A stretch of 64,000 nt of DNA. Origin: Bacilli bacterium. GTDB taxonomy: Bacteria > Bacillota_I > Bacilli_A > RF39 > UBA660. Below are positions 20,412 through 31,199 of this stretch, piece after piece. Under the pieces are notes generated by a model. The model did no database searches and had not been told where the DNA came from. It saw nothing but the letters and a program-made list of their open reading frames with translations. Numbering within the stretch: the stretch's first letter is position 1; each line of letters opens with the position of its first letter. The stretch covers positions 341-64,340 of the forward strand of contig JBJEXX010000038.1 of the NCBI GenBank assembly GCA_051886215.1, given 5' to 3'. The position numbers and the translations under genes are program-made.

Positions 20412-21842
20412 TTATACCAACATAACAATTGTAAATATTATAAATAATACTACAACCATCTCTAATAAGAATTTCCAAATATGTTTTAACCATTTTCCAT
20501 ATGGAATATCAAGATAAGCTAATGTACCCATCAAAATAATACTAGTTGGCGCAACTAACATTGCTACACCATACATACTTTGGAAAATAATACCGATTAA
20601 TGGATATAAACTAGTATCAGTAACTAAACTTAATAGATATGGTCCAACAGAATTAATAGAATATAAGAACTCTACATTAAATATTCCTGAAACAAATGCT
20701 GTTATAGCAGTTGTAATTACATTAAATCCGCTTCCAATATTTAATAAAGCTTTATATATAACTAATTGGAATGGATTATAAGTAGTACATACAAGAACTG
20801 TATAAATTAGCATCATAATAAATGCAGGAAGAATAGCTTTCTTTAATCCATTTTTATAATTTTCAAAGAAATCATCGCTTTTTACTTTATATACAATCGC
20901 AATAATAATTGTTGCAACAAATACTAAAGTAATTAAAGTAGCAATAGTCCATTCTCCAAAAGCTGAAACATTACCTAAAAGTTTACCGAATAATGGAAAT
21001 TTAAAAATCTTAAATTCAGTAACAGCAGTGGTAGCCTTTGTAAAGATATCTAATTGAAATACATTAGACCATGAGAATGTAGCTAAAGCAATTATTAGTA
21101 ATGTTAAATCACTAATTAGTACTAAAGGCCAAATTTTCTTTCCTTTTTTCTTTGATTTCTTATCTGCTTTTTTATCTTCTTCAATTACACTTGGTACATA
21201 TTTTGCTATATCATCATTATTAACTTTCTTAACTTTGTTTTTCTTTGCATAGCTAAGTGCGTTAAATAGTAATAAAACAAGCCCAATTACTAAAATGATA
21301 ATTTTGGTAACTATTTCGTCACTTATTCCAAGTCCTAAATAACTTTGTAAATAATAAGTTACATCTGTAGAGAAAAGTGAACCCATAATACCAACCATAA
21401 TACTACCAACAGTAACAGTTGCAGATAATAGTTTATCATATCCCATTAAAAGTAGTACTGCGATTACAAATGGAAATAAGAAAATTAATGAATATGTCAT
21501 TCCAACACATGATGCTAAAAGTGCAAAAATAACAGAAACAATAATAATAAATATATTTTCTTTTCCTTTAAAACCATCAACTACTTTATCAAGTAATTTA
21601 CGATAAACTCCGGTTTTAGATACAATTCCATAAAATCCACCAACTACTAAAGCATACAATAGAATTTGAAAAAAGTATTGTAACGCCACTGTTGGATAAT
21701 TGAATATATCAAATAAACCCATCTGAGCTCTATCACCAATAGTTAGTTCACTAGAAAAAGTTGCTGTTGGTAACAACCATGTTAGTAGAACTATAACTGC
21801 TATAGTGATTAAAACTACTTTTAAAATATTATTTTTTTTCAT
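20412..21842 (-). CDS. YfcC/DcuC-family multi-pass membrane transporter
   Basis: About 12 hydrophobic segments. The N-terminus (VLLTWLLPTATF) resembles the YfcC LTWxIP start. A GGGAGGG Shine-Dalgarno precedes the ATG at 21842 (the track ORF starts at 21872). Confidence 0.7.
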   Translation of the reverse strand: MKKNNILKVVLITIAVIVLLTWLLPTATFSSELTIGDRAQMGLFDIFNYPTVALQYFFQILLYALVVGGFYGIVSKTGVYRKLLDKVVDGFKGKENIFIIIVSVIFALLASCVGMTYSLIFLFPFVIAVLLLMGYDKLLSATVTVGSIMVGIMGSLFSTDVTYYLQSYLGLGISDEIVTKIIILVIGLVLLLFNALSYAKKNKVKKVNNDDIAKYVPSVIEEDKKADKKSKKKGKKIWPLVLISDLTLLIIALATFSWSNVFQLDIFTKATTAVTEFKIFKFPLFGKLLGNVSAFGEWTIATLITLVFVATIIIAIVYKVKSDDFFENYKNGLKKAILPAFIMMLIYTVLVCTTYNPFQLVIYKALLNIGSGFNVITTAITAFVSGIFNVEFLYSINSVGPYLLSLVTDTSLYPLIGIIFQSMYGVAMLVAPTSIILMGTLAYLDIPYGKWLKHIWKFLLEMVVVLFIIFTIVMLV

Positions 21843-21900
21843 ATTTACCCTCCCAATATAATTATACAACAATTATTATGATTTACAAATAATTTCACAA

Positions 21901-21937
21901 AAAATACAAAAAAAATAGCTATATACAAGCTATTTTT
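21901..21937 (-). terminator. intrinsic terminator of lysS
   Basis: 10-bp stem AAAAATAGCT / AGCTATTTTT overlapping the lysS TAG stop, followed by a U-rich tract. Confidence 0.7.
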
Positions 21938-23405
21938 CGCCATTTGGTCTCATTAAAGGAAATAATACTACATCTCTTATAGATGGTTGATCAAAAATAA
22001 TCATCATTAATCTATCTATTCCAAAACCAAGTCCTGAAATAGGAGGCATTCCCTGTTCCATTGATAACATAAAACTTTCATCTAAATCCATAGTTTCATC
22101 ATCACCTTGAGCTTTTGCTTCTAATTGTTCTTCAAATGCTTCTCTTTGTGTAATTGGATTAACAAGTTCAGAATAAGCTTTACATAGTTCTGTCCCACAT
22201 GTTACAACTTGGAATATATCCGTAACACGAGGATCAGCATCATTTCTTCTTGCAAGAGGCATTAAAACAGAAGGATAATTGTACATAATAGTTGGTTGAA
22301 TAATATTCTCACGAATTTTTTTCTTATATACAAAATCAACAATTTGACTAACAGATTTATAATCTTCTAATTCTTCATATGTAAATAATCCTTTTTCAAC
22401 GATTTTATCTTTTAATTCCTTTGGATCACTTATACTTAAAAAATCAAAGCCAAATATTTTATTCATTTCTTCTACATAATTAATTCTTTCCCATGTTTCT
22501 TTACCAAAATCTAATGTATTACCTTGATATTCAATTGTTGTAGTTCCAACTAACTCCATTAATAACGCTCTGATAAACTCTTTATAAAATCTAATATTAT
22601 CTTCAAAATTCCAATATGAAGCATACCATTCTATTTGTGTAAATTCTTGTAGATGTTGTGTATCCATACCTTCATTTCTAAAACATTTAGCAACCTCATA
22701 AACTTTATCAAAACCACCAGCAATACATTGTTTTAAATAAGTTTCTGGCGCGATTCTTAAATTACAATCCAAATCTAATGCATTATGATGAGTATAAAAA
22801 GGTCTTGCTGCAGCACCGCAAACAGCAGTCTGAATAATAGGAGTTTCAACTTCTAAAAAACCATGACTATTTAAAAAACTATGGATAAAAGCATAAAGCT
22901 TACTACGACCTAAAAATACTTTTCTAGCATCTTCGTTAGTTATTAAATCAACATATCTTTGTCTATATTTAATTTCCGTATCATTTAAACCATGAAATTT
23001 TTCTGGTAATGGTCTTAAAGCCTTTCCTAAAAACTCAAATGTATGAACTCTTAAAGTTTTTTCTCCTGTTTGTGTTGTAAATATTTCTCCTTCTGCTCCA
23101 ATAAAATCACCAGAATCTATTTGTTTTTTAAAGAATTGGTAATTATCTTCACCTACCAAATCAATTTTAAACTCTAATTGCATATCTCCTTCAAGATCAC
23201 GAATACGTACAAAACTTAATTTTCCCATTTTACGCATGAAAATTATTCTTCCCGCAATTCTTACTCCACTAATTCCATCTTCTAATATTTTAGCTTCAAC
23301 TAAAGAATGTGTTTTTTCAAATTTTTCTGGATATGGATTGCAAACTTTTTTTATTTCTTCTAATTTTCCTCTTCTTACTAATTCTTGTTCTGAAAATTCT
23401 CTCAT
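21930..23405 (-). CDS. lysS: lysine--tRNA ligase (class II)
   Basis: 491 aa with an N-terminal OB anticodon-binding domain and class II motifs (FRNEG, GLGFGIDRL). Confidence 0.97.
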   Translation of the reverse strand: MREFSEQELVRRGKLEEIKKVCNPYPEKFEKTHSLVEAKILEDGISGVRIAGRIIFMRKMGKLSFVRIRDLEGDMQLEFKIDLVGEDNYQFFKKQIDSGDFIGAEGEIFTTQTGEKTLRVHTFEFLGKALRPLPEKFHGLNDTEIKYRQRYVDLITNEDARKVFLGRSKLYAFIHSFLNSHGFLEVETPIIQTAVCGAAARPFYTHHNALDLDCNLRIAPETYLKQCIAGGFDKVYEVAKCFRNEGMDTQHLQEFTQIEWYASYWNFEDNIRFYKEFIRALLMELVGTTTIEYQGNTLDFGKETWERINYVEEMNKIFGFDFLSISDPKELKDKIVEKGLFTYEELEDYKSVSQIVDFVYKKKIRENIIQPTIMYNYPSVLMPLARRNDADPRVTDIFQVVTCGTELCKAYSELVNPITQREAFEEQLEAKAQGDDETMDLDESFMLSMEQGMPPISGLGFGIDRLMMIIFDQPSIRDVVLFPLMRPNGEK

Positions 23406-23414
23406 AAATACCTC

Positions 23415-23996
23415 CTATATATTAACTACTTCTGTATTACATATAATATCATGTAAACCTCTATTATCTTTTCTAAAGATTACCATTAGGGCACATATAA
23501 ATAATATCAAATATTGAAATATTATTAAAGTATTATTAGATAAAATATATACATCTTTAGGTAAAAACAATAATATTATAACACTTATTAAATTAAATAA
23601 AATAGAATTAATTAACAAACTTCTAATCACAAAATCATTAACATTTAAGTCATGTTTTTTTCCAACAACTTTAATTTTCATAACCTTTTTACCTATGGTT
23701 TGACCATTATTTAAATACTGATACAAGCCAAAATATAATAAATATAGACCTATACTAACAATATTATATAAAGCATTTTTTCTCATTAAATCATAACTAA
23801 TATCACCAATTTTATTAACAAAAGCATTTTCATCAATTTCGTTTTCCATATAAGATTGATATGTTTCTGTCATTTCCAATCCTAATCTATTGTTATAATC
23901 ATTATCAATTAAAAATATTGATAACATACTACAAACTAAAGAAAGAATTAGCATATCTATTAAAAAAGCAGATAAACGTTTTAAAAAATTATTCAT
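23415..23996 (-). CDS. RDD family membrane protein
   Basis: 193 aa. N-terminal RLSAFLIDMLIL and C-terminal RGLHDIICNTEVV flank TM helices. Confidence 0.75.
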   Translation of the reverse strand: MNNFLKRLSAFLIDMLILSLVCSMLSIFLIDNDYNNRLGLEMTETYQSYMENEIDENAFVNKIGDISYDLMRKNALYNIVSIGLYLLYFGLYQYLNNGQTIGKKVMKIKVVGKKHDLNVNDFVIRSLLINSILFNLISVIILLFLPKDVYILSNNTLIIFQYLILFICALMVIFRKDNRGLHDIICNTEVVNI

Positions 23997-24975
23997 AACT
24001 CATAACCTCTTTTTTATAATTTTTTAATATATTTATTATATCATCAATATTTTTTGTTTTAAAAATATTATTTTTGATTTCATTAGAGTTTTTCATTCCT
24101 TTTAAGTACCAGGCAATATAATTTCTAATTTCTAATACCGCCACTTTTTCATCTTTTAATTTTGATAATTCTAACAAATGTTTTAAACACATATCTATTT
24201 TTTCTATATTAGTTGGATTTTCTATTGTTTTTCCAGTTTCTAAATAACAAACTATTTCTTTTATAAGCCACGGATTACCTAAAACGCCTCTACCAACCAT
24301 AATAGCATCACATTTTGTTTCATCTAACATTTTCTTTGCACTATAGCAATCAACAATATCTCCATTTCCAATAACTGGTATAGAAACACTTTGTTTAACT
24401 TCTTTTATTATATTCCAATCGGCTTTTCCACTATAACCCTGACTTCTAGTTCTAGCATGTACGCATATTGCAGCAGCACCTGCTTGTTCACAAAGTTTAG
24501 CAACTTCTACAGCATTGATACTATCTTTATCCCAACCACTTCTAATTTTAACAGTAACTGGTATAGAAACAGCTTCTACAACAGCTTTTACTATATCATA
24601 AATTTTATGAGGATTTTTTAAAAGTGCAGAACCAGCTTGTGCTTTAAGAGCCACTTTAGGAACCGGGCACCCCATATTTATATCTATAATATCAGGATGC
24701 ATGTTTTTCTCAATATATTTTGCTGCCTTAACAAAAGAATCGACATCACTACCAAAGATTTGCTGAGTAATTGGTCTTTCTTCCTCTTCCATATAAAGCA
24801 TATCTATTGTTTTTTTATTATTATAAAAAATTGCTTTATCACTTACCATTTCAGCATAAATTAATCCGCAACCCATACTTTTAATAATCTTACGAAAACT
24901 TGAGTTTCCAATTCCAGCCATAGGAGCCAAAACCACCTGATTATCTATTTTAACATTACCAATATACCATTCCAT
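23989..24975 (-). CDS. dusB: tRNA-dihydrouridine synthase B
   Basis: 328 aa with the Dus TIM-barrel signature (LAPMAGIGNSSFR, INMGCPV, TVKIRSGW). dusB-lysS synteny. Confidence 0.93.
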   Translation of the reverse strand: MEWYIGNVKIDNQVVLAPMAGIGNSSFRKIIKSMGCGLIYAEMVSDKAIFYNNKKTIDMLYMEEEERPITQQIFGSDVDSFVKAAKYIEKNMHPDIIDINMGCPVPKVALKAQAGSALLKNPHKIYDIVKAVVEAVSIPVTVKIRSGWDKDSINAVEVAKLCEQAGAAAICVHARTRSQGYSGKADWNIIKEVKQSVSIPVIGNGDIVDCYSAKKMLDETKCDAIMVGRGVLGNPWLIKEIVCYLETGKTIENPTNIEKIDMCLKHLLELSKLKDEKVAVLEIRNYIAWYLKGMKNSNEIKNNIFKTKNIDDIINILKNYKKEVMSYE

Positions 24976-25041
24976 AGACTGCTCCTTCTTTAAACTGTAG
25001 CTATTATAATATAAAATTAATAGTATTTCAATATTAATATC

Positions 25042-25076
25042 AAATAAAAAGTAAACACGGTTTTTTAGTGTCTACT
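25042..25076 (-). terminator. intrinsic terminator of ftsH
   Basis: Minus-sense AGUAGACAC-N9-GUGUUUACU hairpin (one G-U pair) followed by UUUUAUUUG. Confidence 0.75.
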
Positions 25077-25095
25077 TTCATTTTCAAACTTTGCA

Positions 25096-27099
25096 TTATT
25101 TTTCTTGCTTATTCTCTTCTTCAGATTCTGAACTAGTACCTTCTAAAGCATCAATTAACTCTTGCTTATTCATTTTACTATAACCATTGATTTCCTTTGC
25201 CTTAGCCATTTCTTTTAAATCCGCAAGAGATTTCATCATAAGATTTTCTTCTTCATCTGGCATATGACCATTTTCTACCAAGAAATCAATTTGTTCTTTT
25301 GTAAGAGTCTCATATTCAAGTAAAGCATTAGCAATTGTTTCTAATAAATCTTTATTTTCAGTAATGATCTTAGTTGTTCTTTCATAACAATTATTAATTA
25401 TTTTTCTCATTTCCAAATCTATTTCATGAGCAACCTCATTAGAAAAGTTTCTACTTTTATTATAGTCTCTTCCTAAGAAAACTCCACCTTCTTGTTGTTC
25501 TAATTGAACTGGTCCCAAATCACTCATACCATATTCTGTAACCATACTACGAGCAATTTTAGTAGCCTTTTCAAAATCATTATGAGCTCCTGTTGTTATT
25601 TCACCAAATACAATTTCTTCGGCAACTCTTCCACCAAGTAAACCACTTATAGATTCTAATAATTCTTTTCTTGTCGAAAAATATGTTTCTTCTTTTGGAA
25701 GCATCAAATTATAACCACCTGCAGCACCTCTTGGAATTATCGTTATTTTTTGAACTTCATTAGCTCCCTCTAATTTTAAACCAATAACTGCATGCCCTGC
25801 TTCATGGAACGCAACTAATCTTCTTTCTTTTTCTGTATACTTATGACTTTTTTTAGCTGGACCCATTAATACTCTATCATGAGCCTCGTCTAATTCACCC
25901 ATAGTAATAACTTCTTTATCACGACGCACTGCAAGTAAAGCCGCCTCATTAAGTAAGTTTTCCAAATCAGCACCACTAAAACCAACTGTTCTTTTTGCTA
26001 TGTTTTCTAATTTTACATTTTTAGCAAATTTTTTATTTCTAGCATGAACTTCTAATATTTCTTCTCTTCCTTTTACATCCGGCAAATTAACTGTAACTTG
26101 TCTATCAAATCTACCAGGTCTAAGAAGTGCTGGATCCAAAACATCAGCTCTATTTGTCGCTGCTATAACTATGATACCTTCATTGGCACCAAAACCATCC
26201 ATTTCAGTTAATAATTGATTAAGTGTCTGCTCTCTTTCATCGTGTCCTCCACCAAGACCTGTTCCACGTTGTCTACCAACTGCATCTATTTCATCAATGA
26301 ATATTAAACATGGTGCATTATGCTTAGCTTGTTTAAACATATCTCTAACACGACTAGCTCCAACACCTACAAATAATTCAACAAAGTCAGAACCACTTAT
26401 ATAATAGAATGGAACATTAGCTTCACCCGCTACTGCTTTAGCTAATAAAGTCTTACCTGTTCCCGGAGGACCAACTAATAAAACTCCTTTTGGTATTCTA
26501 GCACCTAATTTTTGAAATTTTTTAGGATTTTTTAAGAAATCAATTAATTCTTTTACTTCTTCTTTTTCTTCTTTAAGACCTGCAACATCTTTAAATGTTG
26601 TTTTTACATCACCGTTACTAAGTTTAGCTTTACTTCTTCCAAAATCCATGGATTTATTAGCTCCACCCATTTGTCTAGTCATAAAGAACAAACCAAGACC
26701 AACAATTAAAACTATTGGTAAAAAGTTAGTTATTACTAATAATAATGTACTAGATTCTGGATCTTTTTCTGTAGTTATCTTCATATCAGAAGTTTCACTT
26801 GCTGTCATAACTTCAGATATAACACTATCAGTTAAAGGGACTCTTATAAAGAATGATTCATTACTATCATATCCCTTCATTTTACCAGAAATTTCATATA
26901 CAACACTTCTCTCTCTAGGAATTATTGTAATTTCAGTAATTTTACCTTTATCTAAAGCCTTTGAAAACTCATCATAGCTCAACATATTTACTTTATTATT
27001 ACCTATATTAAATAAATAGAAAATTCCTAGTAAAATAAGTAATAAAAAGAAATATGGTAATATACTTTTTCTCGCGTCTTTTAAATTTTTGTTATTCAT
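25096..27099 (-). CDS. ftsH: ATP-dependent zinc metalloprotease FtsH
   Basis: 667 aa with two N-terminal TM helices, Walker [12 protein letters not shown], the HEAGHA zinc site and an extra C-terminal tail. Confidence 0.97.
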   Translation of the reverse strand: MNNKNLKDARKSILPYFFLLLILLGIFYLFNIGNNKVNMLSYDEFSKALDKGKITEITIIPRERSVVYEISGKMKGYDSNESFFIRVPLTDSVISEVMTASETSDMKITTEKDPESSTLLLVITNFLPIVLIVGLGLFFMTRQMGGANKSMDFGRSKAKLSNGDVKTTFKDVAGLKEEKEEVKELIDFLKNPKKFQKLGARIPKGVLLVGPPGTGKTLLAKAVAGEANVPFYYISGSDFVELFVGVGASRVRDMFKQAKHNAPCLIFIDEIDAVGRQRGTGLGGGHDEREQTLNQLLTEMDGFGANEGIIVIAATNRADVLDPALLRPGRFDRQVTVNLPDVKGREEILEVHARNKKFAKNVKLENIAKRTVGFSGADLENLLNEAALLAVRRDKEVITMGELDEAHDRVLMGPAKKSHKYTEKERRLVAFHEAGHAVIGLKLEGANEVQKITIIPRGAAGGYNLMLPKEETYFSTRKELLESISGLLGGRVAEEIVFGEITTGAHNDFEKATKIARSMVTEYGMSDLGPVQLEQQEGGVFLGRDYNKSRNFSNEVAHEIDLEMRKIINNCYERTTKIITENKDLLETIANALLEYETLTKEQIDFLVENGHMPDEEENLMMKSLADLKEMAKAKEINGYSKMNKQELIDALEGTSSESEEENKQEK

Positions 27100-27111
27100 A
27101 ATATCACCTCT

Positions 27112-28437
27112 TTAATAATATTTAACTATTATATCATAATTACCGCTCTTTGGAACATCAAATTTAGATTTTTTCAATCCTGGTAACCAAACTATATTTC
27201 CGTCCGAATCAACTAACACTGGCCAAAGTTCTCTTTCCTTTTGAGGAATCTTACAGTCAATAAAAATGTCTTTAATTTTTTTACTACCATTTAATCCTTT
27301 GATTTTTATTCTATCACCAAGTTTTCTAGTTCTAATATATAACGGAAATTTTACATCTTTATTTGATAATCTACATACAAAATTACTATTGCTATCCTCT
27401 TCTGTTACTATTTCAATATGTTTTCCATTTGGTAAGATGGCATAATCTATAAGTTCTATTTCATAACTATCTATATTATTAGTTTCTTCTTCTAAATAAA
27501 ACTTATCATAATTTTTTACTGCTTTAACTAAATTTGGTAAATAAATAAATGTATTCTTTTTATTAGAAAAAATTAAATTTATAATTAACTCCACATGCTT
27601 ATCATTAATAAGCATTAAATCATCTTCATATTTATTTTCTAACATCATGTATATAATTTTCTTTTGAATCAAATGATCTAAATCACTAAATTTGTTAATA
27701 TCTAATACATTATTTTCACAGACCCTTTTTATTTGAATACCTACTAACTTATCTATATAGTCATTATATTCTTTTAATGTATTACTATATTTTAAAAACT
27801 TTTTATGAACATTCTCATCTTCTCTTTTTAAAAAAGGTAAAATCACTTTTCTATATCTATTTCTAGTATACTTATCTTTGAAATTTGATTTATCAACAAC
27901 AAAAGGAATTTTCTTTTTCTTATCATAATCCTCAATTTCTTTTTTAGTATAAAAAATTAAAGGTCTGACCAATGTATATTTTCCACAATCATTAACAACA
28001 TCAAAACCACTGTATCCTTTTAAAGTTGAACCTCTCACAATTCGCATTAATATAGTTTCAATTAAATCATCTCCATGATGCGCAGTCATCAAATAATTTG
28101 CTTCATACTTATCAACTAACTCTTCAAAATACTTATATCTAATATTTCTAGCTTCATTATGAAAATTATCATCACCATATTTTTCTATAATCATAGATTC
28201 AAATGTAACTTTTTTATCATGACAATAATTTTCCAAAAATTCTTTTTCTTTAAAGCTAGCCTTTCTGACATTATGATTTACATGAGCACATACTAATTTT
28301 AAATCAATTTTTTCTCTCACTTTTATTAAAAGATTTAATAAAGCCATAGAATCAGGACCACCAGATACTCCTAAAACTATTGTATCCCTATCTTTTAATT
28401 TTATATTATTAATTAAAAAATCGTACGCTTCTTTCAT
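27112..28437 (-). CDS. tilS: tRNA(Ile)-lysidine synthase
   Basis: PP-loop SGGPDS plus a TilS C-terminal domain. GGTGAT+ATT+ATG start at 28437 (the track ORF uses TTG at 28452). tilS-ftsH synteny without hpt. Confidence 0.92.
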   Translation of the reverse strand: MKEAYDFLINNIKLKDRDTIVLGVSGGPDSMALLNLLIKVREKIDLKLVCAHVNHNVRKASFKEKEFLENYCHDKKVTFESMIIEKYGDDNFHNEARNIRYKYFEELVDKYEANYLMTAHHGDDLIETILMRIVRGSTLKGYSGFDVVNDCGKYTLVRPLIFYTKKEIEDYDKKKKIPFVVDKSNFKDKYTRNRYRKVILPFLKREDENVHKKFLKYSNTLKEYNDYIDKLVGIQIKRVCENNVLDINKFSDLDHLIQKKIIYMMLENKYEDDLMLINDKHVELIINLIFSNKKNTFIYLPNLVKAVKNYDKFYLEEETNNIDSYEIELIDYAILPNGKHIEIVTEEDSNSNFVCRLSNKDVKFPLYIRTRKLGDRIKIKGLNGSKKIKDIFIDCKIPQKERELWPVLVDSDGNIVWLPGLKKSKFDVPKSGNYDIIVKYY

Positions 28438-28508
28438 AATATCACCAAACAATATTGTATATTAAATATTAATTTATATCAAGAGCAAGCAAAAAAAGAA
28501 AAGAAAAT

Positions 28509-28838
28509 TTATTTATTTTCTTCACTACTTTCTTCATCATCCGGAATTTGTATTACAATCTCCCCATCTTTAGAATACAAATATTTTTCCCTGGCATATC
28601 TAGCTACGTAATCAGGATCTTGCATCTTTTTTACATCTACTTTTAATTCCTCTTCTTTTTCTTTTAATTCAACAAGTTTATTTTCCAATTCTCTCTTTTC
28701 TTGATATTTATCAAATATTTCTACCCAACAATTTCCAACAGCCAAACATAAAACAACTATTAAAACAATACTACCTGTACATAAAAATAGTAATCTTCTT
28801 CTATTTTTTATTTTTGACTTTTTTTTGGTTCTTGTCAC
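28509..28838 (-). CDS. divIC: septum formation initiator (DivIC/FtsB family)
   Basis: 109 aa with a basic N-terminus, one TM helix and a coiled coil (ELENKLVELKEKEEELKVDVKKM). GTG start with a GAGGTG Shine-Dalgarno. Downstream of yabP-yabQ. Confidence 0.75.
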   Translation of the reverse strand: MTRTKKKSKIKNRRRLLFLCTGSIVLIVVLCLAVGNCWVEIFDKYQEKRELENKLVELKEKEEELKVDVKKMQDPDYVARYAREKYLYSKDGEIVIQIPDDEESSEENK

Positions 28839-28864
28839 TTATCACACCTCTATATTCTATAGAG

Positions 28865-28893
28865 ATTATAACAAAAAACATATCTAAATTCAA
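28865..28893 (-). promoter_or_regulatory. candidate sigma-A promoter for divIC
   Basis: TTGAAT, 17-bp spacer, TATAAT on the minus strand, about 27 bp upstream of the divIC start. Confidence 0.55.
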
Positions 28894-29167
28894 TGTTTTA
28901 AGTATTTTATTTTAAACATTACATATCTTTACAAGAACATAAGAATGAAATAAATTTCATCCGTCTTAGTTGTTGCCTTCTAAGTTGCCTACTTCTTAGA
29001 TAAAGTATCCTTTATTCTCCATAGTCTTAAATTCTGATAGTCGCTACTGTATTTTTCTTTTCTTTATTATTATTTTTTTTATTTCTTCTACATATCATAT
29101 GCTTTATACATTGCATTACCACTATGATATTTTTGTATTCATATTATACATATAAAACTTATGTTCT

Positions 29168-29443
29168 TTAATATCTTTTTTTCAAAAATATCACTTTCCT
29201 TATTAATAAAAAACCCAGCGCAAATACACCTAAAAAATATGGATGTATTACTGCGTAATTAACTTTTACCATTATAAAGAAATAAATAATTGTCATAAAA
29301 ATTACAAAAACAAAATTCGATAATATTTTATAAACAATTTTTGTGGAAAACAAAAATTTAGAAAAATAGTTATAAACAAAAAATGTGAATATACCATATA
29401 AAAAAGATATTATCAAACTAATAATCTGAATTTTTAAACTCAT
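29168..29443 (-). CDS. yabQ: spore cortex biosynthesis protein YabQ-like membrane protein
   Basis: 91 aa with three hydrophobic helices. It overlaps the yabP stop, in the yabP-yabQ-divIC order. Confidence 0.65.
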   Translation of the reverse strand: MSLKIQIISLIISFLYGIFTFFVYNYFSKFLFSTKIVYKILSNFVFVIFMTIIYFFIMVKVNYAVIHPYFLGVFALGFLLIRKVIFLKKRY

Positions 29444-29733
29444 TTAAACAACCTACTAAATACTCCATTTTCAGAATTTTTCTTCTTCACATCATCTATA
29501 TAAACAAAACTATTAACTAAACCCTTTATAGAAACATTACCTTGAACACTATCCATTTTTAAAAGTTCTAAATTATCACCTTTAATTAATAAATGTCCCA
29601 TTACAGTATCTAATAAGAATTCTTCTTCATCAAAATTTTCAATTTTTTTAATTCCCGTTAAAGTCATATTTTTTCTTTCGTTTAAATTAATCATGTGATT
29701 ATAACTATTATTTATTAAATTATCTTTATCCAT
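29440..29733 (-). CDS. yabP: sporulation protein YabP
   Basis: 97 aa. It has YabP family features (NERKNMTLTGIKKIENFDEEEF ... LELLKMD). Confidence 0.8.
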   Translation of the reverse strand: MDKDNLINNSYNHMINLNERKNMTLTGIKKIENFDEEEFLLDTVMGHLLIKGDNLELLKMDSVQGNVSIKGLVNSFVYIDDVKKKNSENGVFSRLFK

Positions 29734-29788
29734 AATATCCTCCTAAAAAATATTATGAAAAACAATAATAAAATATTAAAAAAAGAGG

Positions 29789-30064
29789 TTATTCCTCTTC
29801 TGATACTTCTTCGGCATTATTATAAGCTTCTAATATAGCGTCCTCAAACATTGAACGAACTTCAGGATTAATAGGATGAGCAATATCTCTATATCCACCT
29901 GTTGCTGTCTTACGACTTGGCATTGCTATAAATAGACCATTATCTCCTTCAATAATTCTAATATCATGTACTGCAAAACTATCATCAAGTAAAACAGATG
30001 CTATTCCTTTCATTCTAGAACCTTCTTTTTCAATTTTGCGCACATTAACTGATGTAATTTTCAT
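29789..30064 (-). CDS. spoVG: septation protein SpoVG
   Basis: 91 aa. [40 protein letters not shown] is characteristic of SpoVG. Confidence 0.95.
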   Translation of the reverse strand: MKITSVNVRKIEKEGSRMKGIASVLLDDSFAVHDIRIIEGDNGLFIAMPSRKTATGGYRDIAHPINPEVRSMFEDAILEAYNNAEEVSEEE

Positions 30065-30133
30065 AAGTCTACCTCCTCAACTTTTATAACTCAATTTTAT
30101 AATAAAAATCTGCCAAAAGTCAATATATTTGGA

Positions 30134-30355
30134 CTATTTATCAAATATTTCTAACGTTTCTGTCAAAACATCACTATAAGAAAAAGTTTTCAAAAATTCA
30201 TTACCATTATCTAATTTTATAGTAAATACACTACTATAAGCATTCTCTATACGGCCAGAGAATTCTTCAATCTGATTACGAGCACCATTATACTTGAATC
30301 TTAATTTTTTACCAATATCAGCCCTAATACGTTCAATAACTTTTTCTCGCATCAT
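30134..30355 (-). CDS. veg: Veg protein
   Basis: 73 aa. Aligns with B. subtilis Veg (IRADIGKKLRFKYNGARNQIEEFSG ... SYSDVLTETLEIF). Confidence 0.9.
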   Translation of the reverse strand: MMREKVIERIRADIGKKLRFKYNGARNQIEEFSGRIENAYSSVFTIKLDNGNEFLKTFSYSDVLTETLEIFDK

Positions 30356-31137
30356 CTTGGATACCCCACATACATTGTTCCATTCGTCATAATACCACCT
30401 ATACCATCACTTCCAAATTTTGTTTTCTCTAAAATATTTATCAAATCTATAGTTTTATTTCTTTCGGAAAGAGCCGTAGAAACCGCTATTATGGCAGGAT
30501 CTAAAGCATGTATATTTATTCTTTTAGGACTAGATGCAAAATTAGCTCCTGCTTTAATCAATTCTTCGTAATCAGATTGGCAAGCTCCTGCAATTATAAC
30601 TAATTTATCTTGACTTTTTTCATAATTTCTAGCTGCTTCTATAGCGGACACAAAGTTTTTACTATTTTTATAATTATCTAAATTATCTTTACTACCTTTA
30701 TTTTTGTAAAAAGCATCATGCCCTGTTATAACAACAATATCAGGTTTCAACTCTTTTAAATATTTTTCTATTGTTTTTGCTATTTCCTCTTCTTTTAAAG
30801 TAAGACCAAAAGCTCGAATATTCATCTCTTCATAAAAATTTAAACATCGTGATAAATATTTATCATCTCCATCAATATGTAAAACTTTACCCGGTAAATA
30901 AAAATACTCATCACGATTTAAATCTAAAAGAGAGCTAACTCTCCTCATAAGATCTTTATCATCATTAACAACTAATTTCTTATCAACTTTAACAAGATCA
31001 CTTAATTTGCTATCAGCAGATAATCTAATGTTATATCCCTGCAAATAAGCAATCTCACCACTAATATCAACTATTTCAAAAACAGTATCATTATTATAAG
31101 AATTTCTAGTCACTAAATCTCCAATATTAAAAGACAT
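30352..31137 (-). CDS. yabG: sporulation-specific protease YabG
   Basis: 261 aa. Close by-eye alignment to B. subtilis YabG (PGKVLHIDGD, VITGHDA, IIAGACQS, AGANFASSP, NIHALDP). ksgA-yabG-veg synteny. Confidence 0.9.
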   Translation of the reverse strand: MSFNIGDLVTRNSYNNDTVFEIVDISGEIAYLQGYNIRLSADSKLSDLVKVDKKLVVNDDKDLMRRVSSLLDLNRDEYFYLPGKVLHIDGDDKYLSRCLNFYEEMNIRAFGLTLKEEEIAKTIEKYLKELKPDIVVITGHDAFYKNKGSKDNLDNYKNSKNFVSAIEAARNYEKSQDKLVIIAGACQSDYEELIKAGANFASSPKRINIHALDPAIIAVSTALSERNKTIDLINILEKTKFGSDGIGGIMTNGTMYVGYPR

Positions 31138-31199
31138 ATAATCATCTCCACCTAATTATATGTCTTTGTTATTTATTTTATTATCAATAAAATTCAATT

